From NCBI GenBank assembly GCA_031367385.1, contig JANLPS010000491.1, forward strand, positions 1-20,076: a stretch of 20,076 nt of DNA, read 5' to 3'. The stretch is from Archangium sp. (lineage in GTDB: Bacteria; Myxococcota; Myxococcia; Myxococcales; Myxococcaceae). Positions 8,692 through 16,280 of this stretch are shown one piece after another (positions within the stretch are counted from its first letter, which is position 1; each line of letters opens with the position of its first letter). The position numbers and the translations under genes are program-made. Below the pieces are notes generated by a model. It saw only the letters and a program-made list of their open reading frames with translations. It did no database searches and had not been told where the DNA came from.

Positions 8692-10056
8692 ATGGAATTG
8701 GGAAAGCGCGGCTGGTTGCGGAGGGTTCTGGTCGAGGCCGTGGCCGCTCACCACCCCGATGACGCCTCGCACTCGTTCGTACAGGCCCGCGCGCGGAGCC
8801 CTGGCCCAGGTACCGCACGACGATATCTGCGCGGAATACTTCGCGAATCTGGCCTTCTGTACGGCACTCCGTCGTCATCGGCGGTGAGCGCGCCGGCCGG
8901 GTCGGTGGCTCCCAAGAGCGCCGAAGAGACACTGTTTCTGGCGGTGCTCAGAACGTTTTGCCGAATCGGGCTCGACATCGCGGTGCTGGCCGATGGAGCG
9001 CCCGGCCCCCGTGCTGAGCAGTTGCTGTTGTTGCTCGCGGCGATGTACCGACAGCTCGACGAGGCAGAAGACATTCACCGCCGAATCGAACGGGCCTCGA
9101 AGCAGTGGCCACTGCCCGACAAACTGTGGGCGCGGGTCGAAGTCGCGCTCGAAGAGCGGGCGCTCTCGTTGGCGGCTGACCCGTACTACGGCGTGGTGCT
9201 GCACAATGGAGCCGTCTACGCCGACGCCAATCTCTTCGGCCGCCTGGCGATCGCCTACTTCAGTCGCAACGCGTTTCCTCGCGAGGCGGCTGAGCGTCGG
9301 GTGCGCTTTGCGTCGCAGCAGAAGGCCCTGTTGGTCGAGGTGCTGATTGGCTTGGTGTGCGCCGAGCGAAAACCGTCGTTTCCCACGCGCAGGGCGATCG
9401 TTCGGCAGATTGACGATCTCCACCTGCCCGACGATTTGGCAGAGGCGACCCGCCAGTTCGCCCGCACCGCTTTCGCGCGACCGCCGTCGATGAAGCAGGT
9501 GCTCAAGGGCGTTCGAAGCCGCGACATGAAGCGCTTCATTCTAGAGCAGACCCTGCTGGCCTCGATCGTCGATGGCCGGCGCAGCGCGCGCGAAGTGGAG
9601 TGGACGCAGTCGCTCGGTGCACTGCTCGGGTTCTCGAAGAGCGAGATCACTGCGGTCGATTTGGCGATGGCGGAGTTCTATGCGCGCCACCGCGACGTGG
9701 TCGACGTCTTCACGCTCAAGTCGGGCGCCGAGGTGGTGGGTGAAGAATGGGTCGATACGATGTCGACCAGTGTGCAGAAGAACTACCGGCGGCTGCTCAA
9801 AGAAATTCGAAAAACCGGAGCGCTCTCGGTGTTGCTCACCCGAGCCGCACGAGGGCAGAAGCTCAGCGGCGACGAGAAGCGGCAGATGCGCGCGCAATTG
9901 ATCGACGTGGCCAAGGCGGTGCCAGCGCTGGCGATCTTCGCGGCTCCCGGGGGGCTGTTGTTGCTGGTGGCGTTGGCGAAAGTGCTGCCGTTCGACCTGC
10001 TGCCCTCAGGCTTTCGCGATGAGGCCGACGAGGCTGAACCGCCGACCACCCATTGA
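8692..10056 (+). CDS. TerB-like/LETM1-related domain protein
   Basis: Central [26 protein letters not shown] resembles TerB. C-terminal [48 protein letters not shown] matches the bacterial LETM1-like signature. Confidence 0.75.
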   Translation: MELGKRGWLRRVLVEAVAAHHPDDASHSFVQARARSPGPGTARRYLRGILRESGLLYGTPSSSAVSAPAGSVAPKSAEETLFLAVLRTFCRIGLDIAVLADGAPGPRAEQLLLLLAAMYRQLDEAEDIHRRIERASKQWPLPDKLWARVEVALEERALSLAADPYYGVVLHNGAVYADANLFGRLAIAYFSRNAFPREAAERRVRFASQQKALLVEVLIGLVCAERKPSFPTRRAIVRQIDDLHLPDDLAEATRQFARTAFARPPSMKQVLKGVRSRDMKRFILEQTLLASIVDGRRSAREVEWTQSLGALLGFSKSEITAVDLAMAEFYARHRDVVDVFTLKSGAEVVGEEWVDTMSTSVQKNYRRLLKEIRKTGALSVLLTRAARGQKLSGDEKRQMRAQLIDVAKAVPALAIFAAPGGLLLLVALAKVLPFDLLPSGFRDEADEAEPPTTH

Positions 10057-10061
10057 AAGGG

Positions 10062-11627
10062 TTACGCCTTCGGCTTGGTCATCTCTTCGACGAACGCTCG
10101 GGCCCGCGCGCGAGTCTCGTCGTCGATTTTAGCGGCGGCCCGGGGCTGGTTGAACTCGACCACCCGCGCGAGCGATTTGCCCGCTTCGGTCTTGAGCAAC
10201 TCGGGCGCCTGTTTCTGCAGCTGCGACAGGAGCTTGTTGCCCTCGGCGAGGCGCTCAGGTGACCACTTTTGCGGTATCGGAGGCCCGCTCTTGTCGAACT
10301 TCTCGAGCGAAGCGCTCAGCTCGGCACGTCGTGCAGCCGAAGTGACAGCCGGCTTCGCGGCGACCGACGGCTTCGCGGCGGCAGGTGCGTGCGCTGCGGC
10401 GGCGGCATCTGCCAACTCTTGCGCGCGCTGGGCCTTCAACTCCGACTGCCGAAAGGCTTGGTTGGCCGGGGGCATGCCACCGCCGGCAGCAGCCGCCTCA
10501 TCGGCCAGCTCCTGCGCCCGCTGGGCCTTGAGCTCCGACTGCCGAAAGGCCTGGTTGGCCGGGGGCATGCCACCGCCAGCAGCAGCCGCCTCATCGGCCA
10601 GCTCCTGCGCCCGCTGGGCCTTCAGCTCCGACTGCCGAAAGGCCTGGTTGGCGGTTGGCTTCGGAGCGGCGTTGCTCTCAACCACCCGCTGCAGCATCGC
10701 CCCCGCGGGGGTCTTGAGCAGCTCGGGCGCCTTGGCTTCGAGTTGCTCGAGCAACTTGCCTCCCTCGGCGAGGCGCTCGGGCGACCACTTCTGCGGTATC
10801 GGAGGGCCGGCCTTGTCGAACTTGTCGAGGCTCGCCGCGAGCTGCGCCTTCGGCGATTCAGCGACGATGCTCTCCAATCGCTGCGTCGCGCTGGTCGACA
10901 GGCCCAGTTCTTTCGCCTGCGCCAGCAACGGAGCGGCCTGCTTGGCGATGTCGTCTTTCTGCGAATCAGTCAGCGGCCCGCGCTGGCCGTTCTGGGTCGC
11001 GATGGCTTTGTTCGACAGCTCTTCGGTCGCGCGGGTGACGTCGCCCTTTTGAATGTCGTTGAGAATGCCCACCAGCTGCTTGCCGTTGGCCGACTCGCGA
11101 ACCTCTTTGCCGACGCCGAGCGCATCGGCGCGCTTGAGAAGGTCTTTGGCCATGTCGGCGACGCCCAATTTCTGGGTGTCGGTCATCGGGCTCATCTTGG
11201 CGACGTTCGCGGCGAGCGCATCGACGTTGTTGTTGAGGGTCTTGATGCCCGCCTCGCGCTCGGCTTGGGCCGCTGCTTGGCTGGCCGAAGCCTGCGACGC
11301 CGCCTCTTCTGCGGTGCCCGCCGGAGGCTTCGCGGTGGCCCCGCCGCCCTGCCACCCGGCCTCGTGGGCCTTGGCAGGCACGGTGAGCTTCACGCCCACG
11401 GCCAGCTTGTTCAGGTCGGCATGGTTGGGGTTCGCCTTGGCGTAGTCGGCGACCCGAGCGGCGATCTGGGCGTTGCTGGCTTTGCCGCCCAGGTCTTTGG
11501 CCGCGAGGGCCCACACGGTGTCGCCCTTCGACAAGGTGACCGACGCTGCGTCATCGGCCGCGGCCGGAGCAGCTTCGGGCTGGGGTCGAACGACGGGAGA
11601 AGCGCCTGCGCCAGTGATTGCGACCAT
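10062..11627 (-). CDS. LysM domain protein with Ala-rich helical internal repeats
   Basis: VTLSKGDTVWALA...AKANPNHADLNKLAVGVKLTVP is a LysM pattern, followed by repeated helical modules. No hydrophobic signal peptide. Confidence 0.8.
   Translation of the reverse strand: MVAITGAGASPVVRPQPEAAPAAADDAASVTLSKGDTVWALAAKDLGGKASNAQIAARVADYAKANPNHADLNKLAVGVKLTVPAKAHEAGWQGGGATAKPPAGTAEEAASQASASQAAAQAEREAGIKTLNNNVDALAANVAKMSPMTDTQKLGVADMAKDLLKRADALGVGKEVRESANGKQLVGILNDIQKGDVTRATEELSNKAIATQNGQRGPLTDSQKDDIAKQAAPLLAQAKELGLSTSATQRLESIVAESPKAQLAASLDKFDKAGPPIPQKWSPERLAEGGKLLEQLEAKAPELLKTPAGAMLQRVVESNAAPKPTANQAFRQSELKAQRAQELADEAAAAGGGMPPANQAFRQSELKAQRAQELADEAAAAGGGMPPANQAFRQSELKAQRAQELADAAAAAHAPAAAKPSVAAKPAVTSAARRAELSASLEKFDKSGPPIPQKWSPERLAEGNKLLSQLQKQAPELLKTEAGKSLARVVEFNQPRAAAKIDDETRARARAFVEEMTKPKA
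10395..10652 (-). repeat. 93-bp coding tandem repeat, about 2.8 copies (ANQAFRQSELKAQRAQELADEAAAAGGGMPP)
   Basis: TCCGACTGCCGAAAGGC recurs at 10441, 10534 and 10627 (period 93). Confidence 0.95.
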
Positions 11628-11633
11628 GGGGTG

Positions 11634-11662
11634 ATTACACGCAGCTCACGCCCCGGGCGCAA
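11634..11662 (-). promoter_or_regulatory. Putative sigma70-type promoter giving a leaderless transcript of the LysM gene
   Basis: Minus strand reads TTGCGC-N17-TGTAAT-CACCCC-ATG, with no Shine-Dalgarno sequence. Confidence 0.45.
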
Positions 11663-11704
11663 CGCATCGCATCGAAATTTCTCGTTTTCTTTGAAACGCC
11701 AAGG

Positions 11705-13309
11705 TCAGCCCCGCTGCATCTTGACCGCCAGGCGACGCAAGTCCTCGTTCACCTTGACGAATTCGGTCTTGCCGCGCTCTTCACCGAGCTGCTTTTGAAG
11801 GTCGGGCAGCGCCGCCTGGGCCCCCTTCATCGCGTCTTTCGAGTCGTGAATGAGCCAGTCGGCGCCTTGAATGATGGCCAGGCGCGCATCGAGGTCTTTC
11901 TCGCGCAGGCGCTTGGTGAGCTCGCCGATCAACGCCCCGTTGCCGCTGCGGCCGACCTCGTAGGCGGCGCGCTCGCGAACGACGAGGGTCGGGTCATCGA
12001 GCTTCTTGGCCCAGCAGGTCGCGTCGGCCTTGCACGCCTTGCCGGCCTCGAGCGCCTTGGCGAAGTTCGCGATGCTCTCTTCATGCTTCTTCGACGCAGC
12101 GCTCATCGCCGCGGCGTCTGCGCATTCTTTGCCCCCGCCGTAGTCATCGCTTTTGCACTCGGCCTCGAAGGTCTTCGCCTCGTCTTTGCTGAACTTCTCC
12201 ATCACCGCCACCTCGCGCTCGTCACCCAGCATCGCAATCGCCTTGAGCGATTCGTTGCGCGCGTCCCAGCTGCCTTTCGACGAGGCGGCGATGAGCTTGG
12301 GCAGTGCCTCGCGGCCACCGATGCGTGAAATCGACCAGGCGTAGACCTGGCGCGCGGTCGGCTCGGTCTCAGAGACCATCTCGGCCATCGCCTTCGCCCC
12401 CGCGGCCGAGCGCGAACGGCCCAAGGCGTCGGCGGCGCGCATGCGCACGAAGAGCTGAATGTCGATGCGCTCTTCTTTGAAGTTGAGCATCTCGAGCAAG
12501 GCCTTTTCGGCGCGCAGGTCGTGGAGGTCGCCGAGCACTTGCGCCGACTTCGCGGTCAAGGCCGCGGGCAACATGCCGTTCGACGCTGCCCAGGCGGTGA
12601 TCTCTTTGTCTTTGCCCTCGGCGATCGGCACCAGCGCGTCGGCCGCCGGAGCGCCCAGTTGGTACAGCGCGAACGACGACTCCATGTAGAAGCTGACGCC
12701 CTTGCGCTCTTTGAACATCGCCTTGACGAGCGTGGGCACCGCGCGCGGGTCGCCGAGCTCGCCGAGGGCGATCAGCGCCTTCTTGGTGATGAAGGTCTCG
12801 ATGCTGTCGTTGGTGGCGATGTCATTGATGGGGGTGAAGGCGTCTTTGGCGTGCAGCTGCCCGAGCGCTTCGATGGCCGCGATGATGGTGTAGTTGTCTT
12901 TGGTCGAGAGCAACTTGACCAGAGCCGGCGTGGCCTTGGCGTTGCCGATTTCGCCCAGCGCGGTGGCGATCTCTTTGTTCATCGTGCGCACGTCGCTGTC
13001 GGTGCTGCCCAGGTCGATGGCGCCGGTGAGCGCGTCGATGCCCGAGACATCTTTCTGCTCGCCCAAGATGCGCGCGATGGCGGCCTTCACCTCGGGCGAT
13101 TTCTCGCTCTCGAGCTGCGAGTGGAGCATCGGGTACATCGCCGGGCCCAGGTGCTTCGAGTTGCGAAGCTCTTCGACCGAGTGAATTTTTTCTTTCTTGC
13201 TCTTGGCGTCGAGCTTCTTGGCCCAGTACTCGGGCGTGGTCGGGTCGCCCTTACAACCGGCGAGCGCGAGGCAGAGCGTGAGAGACCCGGCAATGGCGAG
13301 GTGGCGCAT
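11705..13309 (-). CDS. HEAT-repeat (PBS-lyase-type) lipoprotein
   Basis: Lipobox LAG-C. Many VR..AA.ALG.LG...A...L-type repeats. AAGGGGGA RBS upstream of ATG 13309. Confidence 0.88.
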   Translation of the reverse strand: MRHLAIAGSLTLCLALAGCKGDPTTPEYWAKKLDAKSKKEKIHSVEELRNSKHLGPAMYPMLHSQLESEKSPEVKAAIARILGEQKDVSGIDALTGAIDLGSTDSDVRTMNKEIATALGEIGNAKATPALVKLLSTKDNYTIIAAIEALGQLHAKDAFTPINDIATNDSIETFITKKALIALGELGDPRAVPTLVKAMFKERKGVSFYMESSFALYQLGAPAADALVPIAEGKDKEITAWAASNGMLPAALTAKSAQVLGDLHDLRAEKALLEMLNFKEERIDIQLFVRMRAADALGRSRSAAGAKAMAEMVSETEPTARQVYAWSISRIGGREALPKLIAASSKGSWDARNESLKAIAMLGDEREVAVMEKFSKDEAKTFEAECKSDDYGGGKECADAAAMSAASKKHEESIANFAKALEAGKACKADATCWAKKLDDPTLVVRERAAYEVGRSGNGALIGELTKRLREKDLDARLAIIQGADWLIHDSKDAMKGAQAALPDLQKQLGEERGKTEFVKVNEDLRRLAVKMQRG

Positions 13310-13475
13310 CAAGATTCCCCCTTGGTGTGAGCGAGCAAAGACGACTCGGGTGCTTAGGCTGGGCTCGGGCTGGGGTCAACGCGTAAGTGTTCGAATGCAT
13401 TGAGGTTTGTCGCCGCACCGCGTCTTTTGAAGATCGTCTTTGGTGTGACGGGTCGCGGGAGGCTACGCGGTCGCC

Positions 13476-14405
13476 ATGCGCATCGTGTTCATGGGCACTC
13501 CCGAATTCGCGGTGGCTTCGCTGCAGGCGTGTCTCGAGCTGGGGGAGGTGGTGGCGGTCGTCACCCAACCCGACAAACCGCGGGGGCGGGGGCAAGAGGT
13601 GTCGTTTTCTCCAGTGAAAGCCCTCGCGTTGAGCAAGGGCCTGGCGGTGCTGCAGCCCCCCAAAATTCGGGGCACCGCGTTTCACGAAGAGCTGCGCGCG
13701 CTGGAGGCCGACGTCGCGGTGGTGACGGCGTACGGCAAGATTCTGCCGCAAGAGACGCTCGACGCGCCCAAGCACGGCTGCGTGAACGTGCACGCCTCAC
13801 TGTTGCCGCGCTTTCGGGGCGCCGCGCCGATTCAATGGGCGATTGCCTCGGGCGACGCCCAGACCGGCGTCTGCCTGATGCGAATGGACGCGGGGATGGA
13901 CACGGGGCCGATCATCGACAGAGCAGCGCTGCCGATTCTACCCGCCGACACCTCGGCCTCGCTGCACGCGAAGCTCTCCGTGCTGGGCGGCCAGGTGCTG
14001 CGACGCTCGCTCGAAGGGTACCTGAGCGGAGCGCTGGTGCCAGCGCCGCAGCCGACCGACGGCGTGGTGATGGCCCCGATGATTCGCAAAGAAGACGGCG
14101 TGCTCGATTTCACCAAGCCGGCCGTCGAGCTCGAGCGGAGGATGCGGGCCTTCACTCCGTGGCCCGGTGCGAGCACCAAGCTCGAAGGCCAGGTCTTTAA
14201 GGTTCACGCAGCCACCGTGGTCGAAGGGGAGGGCGAACCCGGCACGGTGCTGTCGAGCGGCCCCGCCGGCATCGTGGTGGCGTGCGGCGTGGGCGCGATC
14301 CGCTTCGAGCAGGTTCAGCCCGAGGGCAAGCGGGTCATGAACGTCAAAGATTTCTTGCTGGGTCGCCGCATCGACGTCGGCGGTCGGCCCTTCGGCCCTC
14401 ACTGA
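13476..14405 (+). CDS. fmt: Methionyl-tRNA formyltransferase
   Basis: MRIVFMGTPEFA, VVTQPDKPRGRG, NVHASLLPRFRGAAPIQWAI, MDAGMDTG, VQPEGKRVM. Confidence 0.98.
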   Translation: MRIVFMGTPEFAVASLQACLELGEVVAVVTQPDKPRGRGQEVSFSPVKALALSKGLAVLQPPKIRGTAFHEELRALEADVAVVTAYGKILPQETLDAPKHGCVNVHASLLPRFRGAAPIQWAIASGDAQTGVCLMRMDAGMDTGPIIDRAALPILPADTSASLHAKLSVLGGQVLRRSLEGYLSGALVPAPQPTDGVVMAPMIRKEDGVLDFTKPAVELERRMRAFTPWPGASTKLEGQVFKVHAATVVEGEGEPGTVLSSGPAGIVVACGVGAIRFEQVQPEGKRVMNVKDFLLGRRIDVGGRPFGPH

Positions 14406-14442
14406 TCCCCGCTGCGCACCACCGCGTCGCTTGAAGTCATCT

Positions 14443-14492
14443 CGATAATAGCCATAGATATATTTATGAATATTATATTCATGATTATCAAT
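14443..14492. promoter_or_regulatory. AT-rich multi-palindromic site (probable protein-binding site)
   Basis: Only 9 G/C in 49 nt (14444-14492). Perfect ATGAATAT-T-ATATTCAT palindrome at 14466-14482, with outer GATAAT...ATTATC. Confidence 0.6.
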
Positions 14493-14528
14493 GTGCCGGG
14501 TCGTCTAAGACCAGGCTAAGAGGGGGCG

Positions 14529-15329
14529 ATGCGCGTTCTGGTTCTGCACGGCCCAAACTTGAAGTTGCTCGGTGCCCGTTTCGACGAGGTGAATGAGCAG
14601 TTGAAACGCCAGGCCGTTGCGCTGGGGTTCGAGCTCGAGCAGTTTCAAGCCAACAGCGAGGGCGAGCTGATCGACGAGCTTCATCGACGCCGCGAGTGGC
14701 TCGAGGCGGTGCTGGTGAACCCCTCGTCGTTGAGCCCGGTGGCGCATGGCCTGGCCGAAGCGCTCGAGTTGATCGGCAAGCGGGCCATCGAAGTGCAACT
14801 CGTCGAGGGCCGCTCGAGCGTTCTTCGCGACCTCGTCGAGGCGCAGTGTCACAGCGACGAGGGCTACACCTGGGCGCTCGAGGTGCTCGCCGGTACCCGC
14901 GAGGCGCAGAAGACCGACAGCTCCGAGGTGAACGCGGCCCCGGCTCGGCTGGGCAAATCGATTGGCAGAAAGTCAGCTGCGGCCGAGCCGGTCAAGGTCA
15001 CTCAAGGCACAGCGAGAAAGACCATTGGCAAGGCGGCGTCTCCGGCCTCTGCGCCGGGCAAGACCATCGGCCGGGTCGAGAGGGTCACCGCCTGGCCCTC
15101 ACTGACCCGGGCCATGGTGAAGACGAAGATGTCTGAACGGCTCGCGGGCTCATTGGCGGGCGAGGCGCTGGCCGGCTGGGCGCGCGCCCAGTGGCAATCG
15201 CTGATGGCGGGGGCCGAGGTGGAGCCAGGCCAGAAAGACCTGCTCGAAGACGTCTTGCTCACGCTGGCCTCGTCAGCGAAGGCGAGCGATCACGCGATCC
15301 TCTCCGCGATGGCCAAGCTCGACCGATAA
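14529..15329 (+). CDS. Degenerate type II 3-dehydroquinase (AroQ-like) domain fused to a Lys-rich linker and a C-terminal helical domain
   Basis: MRVLVLHGPNLKLLG, FQANSEGELID, LVNP and IEVQL show AroQ ancestry, but the catalytic motifs are lost. AGGGGG RBS upstream. Confidence 0.8.
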   Translation: MRVLVLHGPNLKLLGARFDEVNEQLKRQAVALGFELEQFQANSEGELIDELHRRREWLEAVLVNPSSLSPVAHGLAEALELIGKRAIEVQLVEGRSSVLRDLVEAQCHSDEGYTWALEVLAGTREAQKTDSSEVNAAPARLGKSIGRKSAAAEPVKVTQGTARKTIGKAASPASAPGKTIGRVERVTAWPSLTRAMVKTKMSERLAGSLAGEALAGWARAQWQSLMAGAEVEPGQKDLLEDVLLTLASSAKASDHAILSAMAKLDR

Positions 15330-15401
15330 CAGCATAAAATTGCTGATATTGAGGCGCTCTCAGCCTCGCAACTTCGATCGCTTACGGGCCGACAATGAAG
15401 C

Positions 15402-16220
15402 ATGAAGCTGTTTGCCCCGGTCGCCGCGCTCAAGAACACCAAGCCGGGCGTCGTGCCGCACGGGGTGAACCTGTTCGAGCACCTCCAAGAGCCGCCCCTC
15501 GCCGCGAGAGCCCGATGGGACCAAACGCTCGAGGCGCTCAACGCGATGCCCATGCCTGAGGGCCCGCGCAAATCGGGCGCGAGCCAGAAAGAAGCACAGG
15601 CGCTGTTGACCGCGATCAACGCGCACCCCCTGGTACAGAAGATGGACACGTACGTGCCCAACGGCGGGTGTTTCGCGCGGGCCTTCGTTGGCCATTTGCT
15701 GGCCCTGCGCTCGGGCTACGACAAGCGCAGCATTCTCAAGCTGATCAAGATCTGGGAGAGCGGCAACATCACCCACCACGTCGGCCTGGCGTTGCGAGCA
15801 GACGACGGCGGGTGGTGGGCGCTCGACAACCTGAACACCAAGGTCAAGCGGCTCGAGACCTGGGGGTACCCCGGCACTTTCGCGACCGAGGCCAACCGCT
15901 GGGGGCCCGACCTGAGGTTCGCCGAGAAATACAGCCCCGAGCAGCTCTGGGCCATGACCACCGGCCTCGACGCGAAGGTCGATCGCAGCGCCCCGTTCTA
16001 CGGCGGTTTGATCAACGACATCAAAACCTGGTTCACCGAAAACCCGGCACGAGGCGAGGCGCTGATTGCGCAGCTCACCCCTCGCAAACCGCCGAAGGCG
16101 ACCCTGCTTCGCACCCTGGCTGATCAGCAGACTGCCGCGTCGCTGGCCGCCGAGCGGGCGCGCAATGACTCCAGGTTCGACCGCCCGGCCGCGGCCGGTA
16201 CCCGCGCGACCCGGCCGTGA
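15402..16220 (+). CDS. Protein-glutaminase-like (papain-fold Cys-His-Asp) enzyme
   Basis: GGCFARA (C90), HHVGLAL (H126) and GWWALD (D142) follow the order and context of the protein-glutamine glutaminase triad. Confidence 0.65.
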   Translation: MKLFAPVAALKNTKPGVVPHGVNLFEHLQEPPLAARARWDQTLEALNAMPMPEGPRKSGASQKEAQALLTAINAHPLVQKMDTYVPNGGCFARAFVGHLLALRSGYDKRSILKLIKIWESGNITHHVGLALRADDGGWWALDNLNTKVKRLETWGYPGTFATEANRWGPDLRFAEKYSPEQLWAMTTGLDAKVDRSAPFYGGLINDIKTWFTENPARGEALIAQLTPRKPPKATLLRTLADQQTAASLAAERARNDSRFDRPAAAGTRATRP

Positions 16221-16280
16221 AATGAATTGCCTTGGGTGGGCGGTGCCCCGTAAGCGCCTCGAGGCGGCACCAGAACCACC

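Noticed and set aside
8608..8772. 55-aa N-terminal extension of the LarA-like ORF
   Set aside because: It overlaps the divergent gene starting at 8692 and does not look like part of the domain; ATG 8607 is preferred.
10395..10652. CRISPR-like regularly spaced repeats
   Set aside because: Whole 93-bp units repeat with no unique spacers, they are in frame within a CDS, and there are no cas genes.
10269..11798. Long shadow ORFs (10269-11798 +, and likewise 526-1614 -, 7603-8652 +, 12521-13330 +)
   Set aside because: They are antisense to well-supported genes and show no recognisable motifs, as expected from high-GC codon bias.
14445..14489. Canonical dif site, Fur box, ARG box or oriC unwinding element
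   Set aside because: Each matches only partly: the XerD arm lacks TTAAAT, the GATAAT/ATTATC spacing is wrong for Fur, the spacer is one base too long for an ARG box, and no DnaA boxes were seen. Left unassigned.
14529..15329. Functional aroQ completing the shikimate pathway, or alternatively a pseudogene
   Set aside because: Catalytic motifs are missing, so no gene symbol is assigned. The intact frame and RBS argue against a pseudogene.
16242..16271. GGTGCC...GGCACC / CGCCTCGAGGCG hairpin as a terminator before rsmB
   Set aside because: No U-tract, and short GC palindromes are common at this composition.
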